64,000 nucleotides of DNA from Haloferacalesvirus Serpecor1 (lineage: Duplodnaviria > Heunggongvirae > Uroviricota > Caudoviricetes > Thumleimavirales > Hafunaviridae). The stretch lies in the IMG/VR virus record IMGVR_UViG_2974801466_000001, positions 10,197 through 74,196 of that record; one strand, 5' to 3'. Position 1 is the stretch's first letter. Every line of letters begins with the position of its first letter. Below, one piece after another: positions 1-10,246 of the stretch. The position numbers and the translations under genes were made by a program. The notes below the pieces were generated by a model, which worked only from the letters and a program-made list of their open reading frames with translations, was not told the origin of the DNA and searched no databases.

Positions 1-2971
1 GCAAGCGTACTTCAACTACGAGGTCGCCAAAGGCTTCCGAATCATCGACGGGAAGGACAACCAAACCCAATCCAGCATTAAGCTCATTAACGAAGCCCGG
101 CACGCGGGGGCGCTCGATAAGGGCGTTCCGGCGGCAGAATACGCTGACGGCGGCCCTCCGGTTCAGGCTCTCCTTCCGTGGGTTCAGCGGAAGATGCAGA
201 GCTTCGACCTCGGTGGAAACGGTAGTGACGGTTCTACCGGCGGAGACGACCCCGACCCATCGGACGTGATTGATGAAGACCGGGCCGAAGACGAAGCGCC
301 CGAAATCATCAGCGACGAACGATTCGACTTCGAGAAGGAGGGCTTCGAGGAAGACATTTCGGCGTCCCGACTCGAAGAAGGAGACGTTCTCGCCCTTCGC
401 GGCGATGGGGTGAACGGTCGGTACGTGGTCACGCACATTACGGGTGACTACATCGACGCGACGAACTACCGAGAGACAATCAACGCCAATCTTGACCAGC
501 GGGTGTTCGGCGGCGGCTACCAGAACCTCCACGCCTACGGTCGTGTGGGCCGCGTCTCCGGCTCGGAGCTTTCCGAGGGGGATACGGTCTACAACAAGAA
601 CGGGCAGATTGGAGTTGTGACTCTGATTGACTCCGACGAGATAATCGTCGAGTTTGAAGATGATGTGGGTCGCTTCGAGAACGCGGTTAAGCGTCCCACC
701 AACGACTTCTACCTTGCCAACCCCGAGCAGGTCGTTGACGACGAAACCGACCCGTTCGACCGGGCGAGCCAGCTTTCCAGTATCACCCTCGATGGGGCGG
801 AGACTGACGGGCTGGACGAGGATACGGCAGAGGCCCTACTCCGGCAGTTCGACAAGGTGATTCGGCAGTACGGCTTCCCGCCCGTGTCGAAAATCGTGAC
901 GGACGATACTCTGGATACGATTGACGACGCGATGCGGCCCGGTGGCGATTCGAGCGTTCTCAGGATTCCGTCCCAACTCATCGAGGCGGGTGGCCGAATT
1001 GAGGGAATCGAGGAAGCAAACGAGAACGTCGATTGGGAGCAGTACCGGCGTGCCTACGGCGCGATGCGGGACAGGAGTGGCGCGGAGTACGCGCTTATGC
1101 ACCAGTACGGAGAGTACCTGTTCGATAATCTCTCCGACGACGCGAAGGCGTACCTCGCGGAGAACAGCAACACCATCAATCTCGTTGATGGAGAGCTTGT
1201 TCCCGACGATGATTCTGTCCCGAACATATGGGGTAAATACTCCCGAATCGCCGGAGAGAGCCTAAAGAGCTACTTCGGTGAGAACTTCGCGGCGCACATC
1301 ATGGACGACAACGAGGTGTTCCGCGAGGATACCTTTACTCGTCGTTCCCGGTTCTTCGAGGTCGCGCTCAGCAACCCCGAGCAGTATTTCGACGTGGACG
1401 TTCCGAGCGATTGGGAGCGACCCGACTACTACCTCGGAGTGGACTACGAAGGCGAGCCGCTACGGGAGTCTGACCTCCCCGATGGATACACTCTCGCGTT
1501 GGACAGGTCGTTCGGTGACATAGACGACTTCCGGCGGGGTGAGGACTTCATCGTTCAGACGAGCGACGGTGAGCTGGTTGAAGCATATGTGTTCGAGCGC
1601 CTTCGAGCGAGGGAACATTCACTTGACCGGCAAGAAGACCTCGTTCGGCTCGATGAGAGAGGTGGCGACCGGAAGTTCTACTACTACGGTGGCGGTGAGA
1701 ACTTCAAAATCGTCGGGCAGAAGACTGGCAACTACGAGTTCGCCCAAATCGACCAAGGTGACTTCGTGATTGTCAAACCGAAGGACGGCTACGACGGCCA
1801 AGGTGAGGTAATCGACACCCACTACGCTCGGGTCAGTAGTCGCCCCGGATACGACGACACGCTCGGTGACTACCTCGGTGAAGCGACCGACTTGGTGACT
1901 GGGGAGACTGTCCAGTTGGACAGATACAGCTTCTACGGTCGTCGTGACACCCACCTCGATGAGTGGATGCGCGACGTGGATACCCTCGAACACACCCCGG
2001 ACTCGGAAATCCCCGAGAGCCTAACGACGAACTTCGACCCGGAACACATCGACCTGAGTTGGCGGTACGCTCACGAAGACCGCGACGGGAACGGCCCTGT
2101 GGTCTACGTGAAAACCAACAACGGTGGAAACGTCTACCCGGCGAAGGTCACGGGTGGGGCCGGTGACAGGCTCGACCTCGAATCCACGGAGGTAGACGAG
2201 TTCGGTAAAACTCAGTCGTGGCGACGGAGAGACGACGGAAGTGGGGACGTTGAAATCTACGCCTACTCCCAAGACTACGAGAACTTCCGTAGCTTGGAGG
2301 AGGGAGACGACATTATCATCGACCCGTCACTTCTGGACGTTGAAGACCACCCGTTCCCCGAGGATACGCTGGCAAGGGCGACCATTTCCAGCGACTTCAA
2401 CGGTGTGTTCGCAAGGCCGTGGGCGACCTCCGGTAATGGAGTGAGAGTCAACCACGATGCGTTCGTGGATATTCGAGAGAACGTCCCCGGTTGGGATGCT
2501 TACAACATCGAGGACGGGTATCGAGTTGAGTTCACCGTCAACGGTGAGACTCATACCGGACTCGTTGACCTTGCTCCGTACAACAAGCGGTATCAGGTGT
2601 CTGAATACAGGGTCTACGACGAGACTGCTGGAACGACTGTTCGAGTGGATGCTCGTGACATTACGGGGTACGAAGATTCGGACTTCAAAAGCCGAGTTGA
2701 AGATGCTCCAAACTTCCTGATTGACGGGACTGATTACGTCAGCCCGCCCGATGAACCGGAACAGGCCGAGAAAGGTGACGAGTACCTGCTATGGTCTTAC
2801 CGGGAAGGGAAATTTGTGAGAGCGCGGGTTCGGTACGTATCCGACGTTCTTGGGGAAGTTAGGTTCGAGGTCATAGACGGCGACGACAAGCCATACGAAT
2901 GGACGGGGAAGAATCCCGAGTACGATAGCTCGCTGTTCCCCGTGAAGCCGATGGGGTACAAGCCGAACTAA
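1..2971 (+). CDS. Large acidic virion-associated protein, 5'-truncated at window edge (frame 2 open from nt 2; the ORF-table Met at 194 is internal)
   Basis: Frame 2 has no stop from nt 2 to 2971, giving >925 aa of acidic halophile-type composition. Lies directly upstream of the tail module. No catalytic motif recognised. Confidence 0.4.
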   Translation, partial: QAYFNYEVAKGFRIIDGKDNQTQSSIKLINEARHAGALDKGVPAAEYADGGPPVQALLPWVQRKMQSFDLGGNGSDGSTGGDDPDPSDVIDEDRAEDEAPEIISDERFDFEKEGFEEDISASRLEEGDVLALRGDGVNGRYVVTHITGDYIDATNYRETINANLDQRVFGGGYQNLHAYGRVGRVSGSELSEGDTVYNKNGQIGVVTLIDSDEIIVEFEDDVGRFENAVKRPTNDFYLANPEQVVDDETDPFDRASQLSSITLDGAETDGLDEDTAEALLRQFDKVIRQYGFPPVSKIVTDDTLDTIDDAMRPGGDSSVLRIPSQLIEAGGRIEGIEEANENVDWEQYRRAYGAMRDRSGAEYALMHQYGEYLFDNLSDDAKAYLAENSNTINLVDGELVPDDDSVPNIWGKYSRIAGESLKSYFGENFAAHIMDDNEVFREDTFTRRSRFFEVALSNPEQYFDVDVPSDWERPDYYLGVDYEGEPLRESDLPDGYTLALDRSFGDIDDFRRGEDFIVQTSDGELVEAYVFERLRAREHSLDRQEDLVRLDERGGDRKFYYYGGGENFKIVGQKTGNYEFAQIDQGDFVIVKPKDGYDGQGEVIDTHYARVSSRPGYDDTLGDYLGEATDLVTGETVQLDRYSFYGRRDTHLDEWMRDVDTLEHTPDSEIPESLTTNFDPEHIDLSWRYAHEDRDGNGPVVYVKTNNGGNVYPAKVTGGAGDRLDLESTEVDEFGKTQSWRRRDDGSGDVEIYAYSQDYENFRSLEEGDDIIIDPSLLDVEDHPFPEDTLARATISSDFNGVFARPWATSGNGVRVNHDAFVDIRENVPGWDAYNIEDGYRVEFTVNGETHTGLVDLAPYNKRYQVSEYRVYDETAGTTVRVDARDITGYEDSDFKSRVEDAPNFLIDGTDYVSPPDEPEQAEKGDEYLLWSYREGKFVRARVRYVSDVLGEVRFEVIDGDDKPYEWTGKNPEYDSSLFPVKPMGYKPN

Positions 2972-2972
2972 C

Positions 2973-3194
2973 ATGGCAAGCGACGAAATTGATTCCCTGA
3001 TGGAGAAGTGGGGCGAGGATAACGTCCGTAAGGCGTTTTGGCTCCAAAATCACATCAAGAATCACGGCGTGAAGGGGATTCACTTCATGCACCCCGGCCC
3101 GGACGGTGGCGATAACGCTGAATCCCATATGCGGCAAGTCGGGCCGATGATGGCGAAACGAATCATCGAGGGTGAGCTGGACGACGTTTACTGA
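2973..3194 (+). CDS. Hypothetical small protein (73 aa)
   Basis: ORF tightly packed after the upstream gene (1-nt spacer), same strand as the module. Confidence 0.3.
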   Translation: MASDEIDSLMEKWGEDNVRKAFWLQNHIKNHGVKGIHFMHPGPDGGDNAESHMRQVGPMMAKRIIEGELDDVY

Positions 3195-3738
3195 AGCGCC
3201 GTATCCCACCCTCTCCCCACTATTTTCTCCTATGTTTCCTAAAGAAGCAGTCACAACTCTAATCACGAAACTGAATGGTCGAATCCCCCCGCCTGTCCAT
3301 ACGGCAGGTATTCAGGAGGAACGCCCGGTTCCTGCGGTCTTAATCGACGGAGTAGACCTACGGAACCGAACTCATCACAACTCGAACTACGCGGGGTCTG
3401 AGTACGATTCGCAGGGACGCGAGACGACTCAAATCAACCGCTACTACTACTCGCTTCGGTTCGACCTCGTTGTTCGAGACGACTCCGAAACGGGAGCCTA
3501 CGAAAATCTCACTCATCTACAAACCGCACTTGCGGAGTTGAGTGACCGCCCGTGGGAATCGTTCCACCCGGACGTGAACGACGCCCGGCCTCTCAGCTCG
3601 GGTTCGGTGAACTACACGTTCAACGAGCCTGCTGAGACTGAAATACACCAAGCCTTCGAGCTTGACTCGTTCTACGAGACGAGCGATTCTGACCTCGATG
3701 TTATTGAATCGGTCGTTGACGCAATCGACATTTCCTAA
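3172..3738 (+). CDS. Hypothetical virion module protein (188 aa; alternative start near 3232, MFPKEAV)
   Basis: ORF in the co-directional structural cluster with acidic composition. Confidence 0.35.
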   Translation: MSWTTFTEAPYPTLSPLFSPMFPKEAVTTLITKLNGRIPPPVHTAGIQEERPVPAVLIDGVDLRNRTHHNSNYAGSEYDSQGRETTQINRYYYSLRFDLVVRDDSETGAYENLTHLQTALAELSDRPWESFHPDVNDARPLSSGSVNYTFNEPAETEIHQAFELDSFYETSDSDLDVIESVVDAIDIS

Positions 3739-3746
3739 ATCTATCT

Positions 3747-5039
3747 ATGGCTGACTACGGCAACACTATTGAACCCGGTATTGTTACGAACGTCAACTCG
3801 GCGCTGGCTGTCACTTCGAGTGGTGGCGCTCCCGCTGATGTTGGACTCGTTGGACAGGCCGACCTCGATGCGGGGACGGCTCAGACGAACGCTGTCTATC
3901 AGGTCACTCGTGCGACCAAGGCCCGCGAGTGGTTCGGTGAAGACAGTCCTCTCACCCGCAACGTTCTCGATGCTCTCACCGAGGGAGCCTACCCGGTCTA
4001 CGCGGTCGCGGTTGACCTCGTGGACGTAACGGGCGAAGACCTCTCCGGTCTTTCCTCGAACAACGGTACGCTGGCCGAGGGGCCGGTGAGCGAGGATGCT
4101 TCCGATGTGGTCTTCACCATCGACGGGGTGGCTCTGGACACCGTTCTCGTCTACGACGACGTGAGCGAGATGACCCCCGGCGCTGGCGAGGTCTACGTCA
4201 ACCCGGCAACGCGAGCGTTCAGCATCGACCCCGACGCGACCGTGGGCAACGCTGGCGACTCCGTGGACTACGCGACCGCCGACTACGACGCGGGCCACGC
4301 GGCTCTGGTTGACGGCGCTGGTGGCGCGGTTGACTTCTTCGTTCCGCTGACCGAGGACGTTTCGGTTACGGAGGATGCTCAGGCGTCCGTCAACGCGATG
4401 GCGGGCGAATACAACCTTGCGCTGGCTATCGTCGGCGCTGTCCCCGGCCTCGACCCGAGTGAGTACGACAACTCCTTCGATGATTCCCGCGTTCAGGTCG
4501 TCTACCCTGCTCGGGACGCCGAGGGTTACTCCACGCTCGGGGCCTACGCTGGCCTTCGCGCGAAGCTCGGTATCACGACTACGCCCATCAACAAGCGCCT
4601 CTCGTCCGTCAAGTCTCTCGGTGTTAGCCTGAACAAGGCACAGCGCGGTGAGCTGATTGACGAGCGCGTTGTTCCGCTCGCTGACGAGAGCGAGGGCGCT
4701 CGGATTGCTGACGACGTGAACTCCGTTAGCGACCAGAACAGCGAAGAAGCGGGTATCCGCTTCGGTTTCACCCGGCTCGTGATGGACTACGTTATCACGA
4801 CCATCCGAGTCAACGAACAGCCCTTCATCGGGCGTCTCAACAGCCGTGCGGTGCGTGCGTCCCTTGAGGGTCTTCTGAGCAACCAGCTCAACACGCTCAA
4901 GCGGTCGAACGCTATCGTGGACTACCGCGTGTCGGTGTCCCGCGTCGATGCGACGGCGGCGGCTGTTGAAATTCAGGTCAAGACCGCGAAGCCCCTCCGG
5001 TTCATCGAGAACACGGTTACGATTGGGACTTCGGCGTAA
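3747..5039 (+). CDS. Tail sheath-like protein (alternatively major capsid protein), 430 aa
   Basis: Sits immediately upstream of a 180-aa tube-like ORF, a chaperone pair and the tape-measure protein, matching the sheath-tube-chaperone-TMP order of contractile tails. No motif-level proof. Confidence 0.3.
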   Translation: MADYGNTIEPGIVTNVNSALAVTSSGGAPADVGLVGQADLDAGTAQTNAVYQVTRATKAREWFGEDSPLTRNVLDALTEGAYPVYAVAVDLVDVTGEDLSGLSSNNGTLAEGPVSEDASDVVFTIDGVALDTVLVYDDVSEMTPGAGEVYVNPATRAFSIDPDATVGNAGDSVDYATADYDAGHAALVDGAGGAVDFFVPLTEDVSVTEDAQASVNAMAGEYNLALAIVGAVPGLDPSEYDNSFDDSRVQVVYPARDAEGYSTLGAYAGLRAKLGITTTPINKRLSSVKSLGVSLNKAQRGELIDERVVPLADESEGARIADDVNSVSDQNSEEAGIRFGFTRLVMDYVITTIRVNEQPFIGRLNSRAVRASLEGLLSNQLNTLKRSNAIVDYRVSVSRVDATAAAVEIQVKTAKPLRFIENTVTIGTSA

Positions 5040-5067
5040 AGACTCAAAACACTTCTTTTAATTCATC

Positions 5068-5610
5068 ATGTCTGCTTCTAACGTTGACCGGATTGAGAGC
5101 GCGGCGAACATCACTCTGAACATCTCGAAGGGTGGCGAACAGGTTACTGAGGGCGACTTCGAGGATACTGACTTCGAGGAGACTGACGGCTTCGATGACG
5201 CGGCTGGCGCGGTCGATGCTGGCACTCTCCGCGTCCCCATCTCGCAGTTGGACACCACGAAGGACATTGAGATTTCCGAGATTCGGGAATCCTCGCTGAA
5301 GGCGACCGGCTATTCGGTCACTTCCATCAGCTACTCCGGCTCGATGATGTTCAAGGGCGAGCGTGTCCACGGCCCCGACAACGAGCCGGTTTCCATCGAG
5401 TCGCTTATCTACGACTCGGAGGGCGTCCCGGTTCCCTGCTCGATTACTCTCACCCACGAGCTGTCGGGCAAGACCGAGACGTTCGAGGACGTTCTCGTGA
5501 CGAGCGATTCCTACGAGGTTCAGGCGGAGTCCGAGACGGAGACGGCCTTCGACTGGATTGCGATGGACAAGTCCTCGAAAGACCCCGAGACGGACTCTCA
5601 GAGTTCGTAA
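5068..5610 (+). CDS. Tail tube-like protein, 180 aa
   Basis: Position between the sheath-like ORF and the chaperone/TMP genes; size typical of tube proteins. Confidence 0.3.
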   Translation: MSASNVDRIESAANITLNISKGGEQVTEGDFEDTDFEETDGFDDAAGAVDAGTLRVPISQLDTTKDIEISEIRESSLKATGYSVTSISYSGSMMFKGERVHGPDNEPVSIESLIYDSEGVPVPCSITLTHELSGKTETFEDVLVTSDSYEVQAESETETAFDWIAMDKSSKDPETDSQSS

Positions 5611-5665
5611 ACCCACCTCTCGCTGAATCGACTTTCGACTAAATTTATTTACACTTAAACCTATT

Positions 5666-6136
5666 ATGACTGAAGAAACCGACAACGACAGTAACGACGT
5701 TAACATCTCGAAGCTCCGCGAACTGGCCCTCCGGGGGAAGAACTACCGGGAGGAGTTTGAGACTACCTACCTCGGTGAGAGTCTGACTCTCTACCTCAAG
5801 CCGCTGACGGACATTGAGTTCCTGCCGATTGCGGCGTTCCTCGAAGAAAAGCTGGACATGGACGCCGACGAAGCGAAGGAACGCATCGAGGAGGAGCGAG
5901 AAGCCGGTGACGACGACTCGATTGACATGGCGAACTTCGACGCGGAGTTCGTCGGCATTATGCAGGAGGCCGCCGCGAAGGGCGTTGACACCACGCAGGG
6001 TGACGCCGAGGGTCTGGACGAGAACTTGGTTCTCGAAACTATCCGCGACCTGATTGGTGGGAAGTCCATCGAGATTGCTGAGAAGGTGTTGGACATTTCC
6101 AGCAACGCGGAGGACGCCAAAAAGTTTCGCAGATAG
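5666..6136 (+). CDS. Tail assembly chaperone-like protein (G-like), 156 aa acidic
   Basis: Small acidic ORF immediately upstream of the TMP. Its 3' end overlaps an alternative-frame ORF that runs up to the TMP start. Confidence 0.35.
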   Translation: MTEETDNDSNDVNISKLRELALRGKNYREEFETTYLGESLTLYLKPLTDIEFLPIAAFLEEKLDMDADEAKERIEEEREAGDDDSIDMANFDAEFVGIMQEAAAKGVDTTQGDAEGLDENLVLETIRDLIGGKSIEIAEKVLDISSNAEDAKKFRR

Positions 6137-6449
6137 CGGTGCGGCAGGCGTAATCTTCGGCCTGAAGTCTGAGATTGGTGCTGGATTCGTCGGTTCAGAC
6201 GACCAGCTTGAAATGACTCCGTTCCAGCGACAGGTGTTCGAGGCCGAGAAGGTACGGGAACACCGCGAGCAGGAACAGCAGATGGAAGCCGCCCGTGCCG
6301 GTAAGATGGGCGGTGGCGGTCGAACACCTAACGCGGCTCACCAAAGCGTTTCTTCGGCTGGTAACACTCGCTCTCGGAGCGAGACGGTACGGTATGTGAA
6401 CGACAGTTCCGACGAGAATCCAGAGGCGAACGTCACGTTCGTTGACTAA
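6054..6449 (+). CDS. Overlapping +1-frame ORF; candidate frameshift extension of the tail chaperone (GT-like)
   Basis: ORF in the +1 frame relative to 5666..6136. It overlaps 6054-6136 and ends 2 nt before the TMP start, the classic G/GT arrangement. Confidence 0.3.
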   Translation: MVGSPSRLLRRCWTFPATRRTPKSFADSGAAGVIFGLKSEIGAGFVGSDDQLEMTPFQRQVFEAEKVREHREQEQQMEAARAGKMGGGGRTPNAAHQSVSSAGNTRSRSETVRYVNDSSDENPEANVTFVD

Positions 6450-6451
6450 TC

Positions 6452-8272
6452 ATGTCTGTTACTATTGACCTCGACATTCGTGCCGAGGACGTAATTGCGA
6501 CTCTTGAAGGCGTTGAGGAACAACTCGACCGCCTCGAAAACGACTTCGACTTTTCGCTCGATGGCGACTTCAAGGCGCAGTTGGACGACATTATGGATTC
6601 GCTCGACAAGCTATCCGGTTCGCTTGTTGACGACCTCGATGAAGTTGCGTCCCGGCTCGAAGACCTCGAAATTGACGTTGGCGCTCCCGTAGGAGGGGGC
6701 GACTCTGGTGGCGACACCGGAAGTGATAGCGGAGATAAATACTTTGCCGACAGCTCCGGTTCCACGATGGGCTGGCGGGAGGTTTTCAACCGGATTGCCG
6801 ATTCCGACTACTCCGGCACGACGATGGACGACCTCTCGGACACGACCTTCGACTTCGAGGTTGACCGAGAGCGGAACATCAAGAAAATCAACGACGCGCT
6901 TTCTGAGACTCTTGGTGACGGTCTTCTCTCTAACTTTGTAACCAGTAACTCCCGGTGGGGTGGCGTTACCTCCGACCGGAGTAAGGGCGTTGCTACGCTT
7001 CTGGACGCGAAGGACATTAGCCCGGACAGTCTCCGCCTCGGTCGGATGGGGAAAATGACCAAGCGCGTTAGCGGTCGTGTCTCGAACCTTCGAGGCATTA
7101 TCCGTAGCGCGATTCCCTCTATGGCGAAGTGGTGGCAACTGATTGCTCTCGCGCTTCCGGCCCTGATTGCGTTCGCTGTTCAGGCGTCCGGGGTTGCTAC
7201 CTCGATGCTCGCTATGGCCGGTGCTGGTGCGGCGTTCATCGGCCTCGGTTTGGTCGGACACGGTAACAGCATGGCCGAGTCGTGGCGGAACGCTCAGCAA
7301 CAGCTCTCCCAACTCAAGGAAGACCTGTACGAGACGTTCCTCCCCTCGATGCAGACCTTCGCTCCGATTCAGGCCGCCTTCTTCGATATGCTCCCGAAGG
7401 AGCTTGGGAAGGTCAACGACGCTCTGAAATCGCTCGCTGGTAGCAGTTACCAGTACGCCCTGTTCGACGGGCTTCGGGGTGTCACGAATTGGGTCGCTGA
7501 ACTGATTTACTCGATGCGCGACCTCGATTCGATTGCCACGCAGGTCACGATGCGGTTCGGTGGCATCATCGGGACGAAGATTATCGAGTTCTTCGAGTGG
7601 GCGACGGTTGAAGCCTACCGGAATCAGGAGAGCCTGATTAAGCTCGGTGGCGTGATTATGTCCGTCATTGAGATTATCTACAATCTCTCCAAGATTTTCG
7701 CTCACCTCGTCCTGATGCTCAGTCCGGTGCTGGATGCGGTGGTTTGGCTGACTCAGGTTCTCAGCCAGCCGATGTACCGGGCGCTCGCGTCGGTTATCGT
7801 GCTGTTCGGAATCATCGGCGTAGTGCTGGCGAAGACGGTCGTGACTATTGCGAAGGTTCGCGTTGCGTTCACGATTCTCGGAATCACGGGTTCGGGCGCG
7901 ATGGCCGGACTCGCTTCGAGCGCGGTCGGTGCGATGGCGACCGTGAAGGCGGCAGTCATGTCGGCGGTCGCGTCTCTCGGTCTTCTCCAAGCGGCGCTAA
8001 TCGCCACGGGAATTGGCGCTCTGGTGGTCGGTGCTGGCTACCTCGCGTACAGCGTGATGAAGCCGGACGGCCCGCCGTCTACGGGAAGCGGCCCGAGTTA
8101 CGGGGGTACTGGTGCTGGTCAGACGGTTATCAACGAGGGAGATACCTACAACTTCAACGTTGACGGTTCGACTGACGGCCCGACGACTCAGAAGATGCTG
8201 GATGTTGCGAAGCTGAACAATTCGACCGATTCCACTCGGTCACTCTCTCTTAACGACGGCGAAGGAACCTAA
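6452..8272 (+). CDS. Tail tape measure protein, 606 aa
   Basis: N-terminal coiled-coil-like acidic heptads, long central Ala/Gly/Leu-rich hydrophobic segments (LIALALPALIAFAVQASGVATSMLAMAGAGAAFIGLGLVGHG) and a Gly-rich C-terminus. Position after the chaperone pair. Confidence 0.55.
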   Translation: MSVTIDLDIRAEDVIATLEGVEEQLDRLENDFDFSLDGDFKAQLDDIMDSLDKLSGSLVDDLDEVASRLEDLEIDVGAPVGGGDSGGDTGSDSGDKYFADSSGSTMGWREVFNRIADSDYSGTTMDDLSDTTFDFEVDRERNIKKINDALSETLGDGLLSNFVTSNSRWGGVTSDRSKGVATLLDAKDISPDSLRLGRMGKMTKRVSGRVSNLRGIIRSAIPSMAKWWQLIALALPALIAFAVQASGVATSMLAMAGAGAAFIGLGLVGHGNSMAESWRNAQQQLSQLKEDLYETFLPSMQTFAPIQAAFFDMLPKELGKVNDALKSLAGSSYQYALFDGLRGVTNWVAELIYSMRDLDSIATQVTMRFGGIIGTKIIEFFEWATVEAYRNQESLIKLGGVIMSVIEIIYNLSKIFAHLVLMLSPVLDAVVWLTQVLSQPMYRALASVIVLFGIIGVVLAKTVVTIAKVRVAFTILGITGSGAMAGLASSAVGAMATVKAAVMSAVASLGLLQAALIATGIGALVVGAGYLAYSVMKPDGPPSTGSGPSYGGTGAGQTVINEGDTYNFNVDGSTDGPTTQKMLDVAKLNNSTDSTRSLSLNDGEGT

Positions 8273-8806
8273 ATGAGTAGTTCTGAATTTAATTTCGATG
8301 AAGACCCAATCTCGGAGGGGCCGAACGAGGCACTCACATTCCGAGTCGTAGCCCTCGGGCATCCCGAGACTGACGATGAAGGCGGTGATGGGTCTGTGAA
8401 CCGTCCAGCTCTTTTCGAGTTCGCGCCGATGTTCTATCCCGACCGATTCACGCAGTCGTTCGACAAAGACCTCCGCCGCGAGGGTCAGCAATGTCGCGGT
8501 GAGGACGTTTCTATCAAGAATCTAAAGAACTCTGAGTTCCACGCTACCGGGGTCGTTCTTGAGGAAAATCTGCGCCGCGTTCAGGCGCTTGCGGAACACG
8601 ATGGCGTGGTCGATATGTTCACTCCGGTTTCCCCGAACGGGGGTATGGAGTGCTACATCAAGGGCGGCGACGTTGGCGAGATAGAGGGCTGGAATCCTGT
8701 TAAGAAACAATGGATGTTCAGCTACACGTTTGATTTCGTCTCTACTGGCCTCGATGAGTTTGGCAACGACACCGAGAACGATATTGTGACCGAGATTATC
8801 GAATGA
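8273..8806 (+). CDS. Tail protein following TMP (177 aa; P2 gpU-like or Mu gp41-like position)
   Basis: Synteny only. Confidence 0.3.
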   Translation: MSSSEFNFDEDPISEGPNEALTFRVVALGHPETDDEGGDGSVNRPALFEFAPMFYPDRFTQSFDKDLRREGQQCRGEDVSIKNLKNSEFHATGVVLEENLRRVQALAEHDGVVDMFTPVSPNGGMECYIKGGDVGEIEGWNPVKKQWMFSYTFDFVSTGLDEFGNDTENDIVTEIIE

Positions 8807-10245
8807 ATTGCGAAGACTCTGAGATTTCCTTTGCGTTCATCGGGGAGGATAATGACCTCAGCAATCCGATTGTTGAGATTCGTCCTCTCACGATGGACTT
8901 CCAGCGGAATATGGGTCAGTTCGATTTCGTTCGCTCGAAGTTCTCTCAGGGTGTGGCCGAACACATCGAGGGGGCTGTCCTCGATGATGATGGAATCCTG
9001 AATCGCCCACGTCCTGTCGTTATCAAGCTCGGCGGGAAGCCGATTCACCGGATGCTCTACCTCCCCGACGCGGTTATGTTCGGGGTGAATAACGTCCACA
9101 TCGAGCTTCACGACGTACAGAAATACCTCGATAGGGGAGTTGTGGACTACCAGCGGCAGAACGTCCGACTCGAAGAAGCGTACCGCTACGTGTTCAACCA
9201 GCGGGACACCTCGGACGGGGAGATGTTCTCCGGCATCCGGTTCTCTGTTCCAGAATCGGCTTTCGAGGAACTAAACAGTCGGTACACACCCGGCTTGGGG
9301 CCGATTACGCTGAAGAACCAGCGGTCTTGGGACAAGATTCGGCAGGCTCGGCGCGACCAAACGGGTGCGTTTGAGCCGAAGCAGGAGGAAGACGTTATCC
9401 GCGACCTCGAAGCTGAGAACGTTCACAACATCATCGACGGGCACTACGCCCTCGACTTCAAGCAGGTGTCTCCGTGGGAGGCTATCCTCGAAATGAACGA
9501 GAAGTTCGGTGTCACGACGTGGGTGGCCCCGGACGGATACCTGTGGGTCGGTAGCCGGGAAGCGACCGGCATCGACCACGTTACGGCTCCCGACGACCCC
9601 CGAGTGTGGAAGCTAATCGACTACAACATTACTCCACCGCGCGACCCGATTATGAAGGTCGTCGTCCGGGGAAAGCAGGTTCACGACCCGAAAGATAGTT
9701 TTGCTGATAACGTCGGGGAGTTCGTGAATCAGAGCCGGAACATCTTGGACTTCCGTATGGAGGGAGTCGCAGAACGTCCCGACCTGAACTACGGTCGGGT
9801 GATTACTCCCGAAGACCTCGATGCGGCGGCTGACGGTCTAAAGGAAATCGCCAAGCGGCGGCTAATCAACGAGCAGAAGAAGCAATGGAGCGGGAACATC
9901 GAGCTTCTTCCGTCCCACTCCGGCGACTCGTGGACTGATATTCGAGACGTTCAGATTGGTGACGGAATCGTAACTATCCCGCCCGAGAACGGCGGTGGGG
10001 AGTGCCGGAACAACATTCAGTTGGAGAAGTTCACGATTACCGGCGTTCACCACACGCTGACGGAAAATGGAGAATGGACGCTCCGCCTCGATGTGGTTCC
10101 GATTGCGGATGGAAGTCTCCACCCGGACAACGTGAAGACCTACAACCGCTACTTCGACCCGACGAGCAAGGAGTACGTGGACGAGGAAACGTATGAAGCT
10201 CGCAAGGAGGCAGACAAAGGCTTCCAACTGAACGACCTAATCTGA
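8803..10245 (+). CDS. Tail/baseplate protein, 480 aa (position of P2 gpD or Mu gpN DNA-circulation-like protein)
   Basis: Synteny after the TMP. Start codon overlaps the stop of the previous gene. Confidence 0.3.
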   Translation: MNCEDSEISFAFIGEDNDLSNPIVEIRPLTMDFQRNMGQFDFVRSKFSQGVAEHIEGAVLDDDGILNRPRPVVIKLGGKPIHRMLYLPDAVMFGVNNVHIELHDVQKYLDRGVVDYQRQNVRLEEAYRYVFNQRDTSDGEMFSGIRFSVPESAFEELNSRYTPGLGPITLKNQRSWDKIRQARRDQTGAFEPKQEEDVIRDLEAENVHNIIDGHYALDFKQVSPWEAILEMNEKFGVTTWVAPDGYLWVGSREATGIDHVTAPDDPRVWKLIDYNITPPRDPIMKVVVRGKQVHDPKDSFADNVGEFVNQSRNILDFRMEGVAERPDLNYGRVITPEDLDAAADGLKEIAKRRLINEQKKQWSGNIELLPSHSGDSWTDIRDVQIGDGIVTIPPENGGGECRNNIQLEKFTITGVHHTLTENGEWTLRLDVVPIADGSLHPDNVKTYNRYFDPTSKEYVDEETYEARKEADKGFQLNDLI

Positions 10246-10246
10246 T

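Noticed and set aside
6120-6136. Classic -1 slippery heptamer A AAA AAG at the chaperone overlap
   Set aside because: The sequence is C AAA AAG, not a full X XXY YYZ heptamer, and the downstream ORF is in the +1 frame, not -1. Reported instead as a possible +1/-2 event with low confidence.
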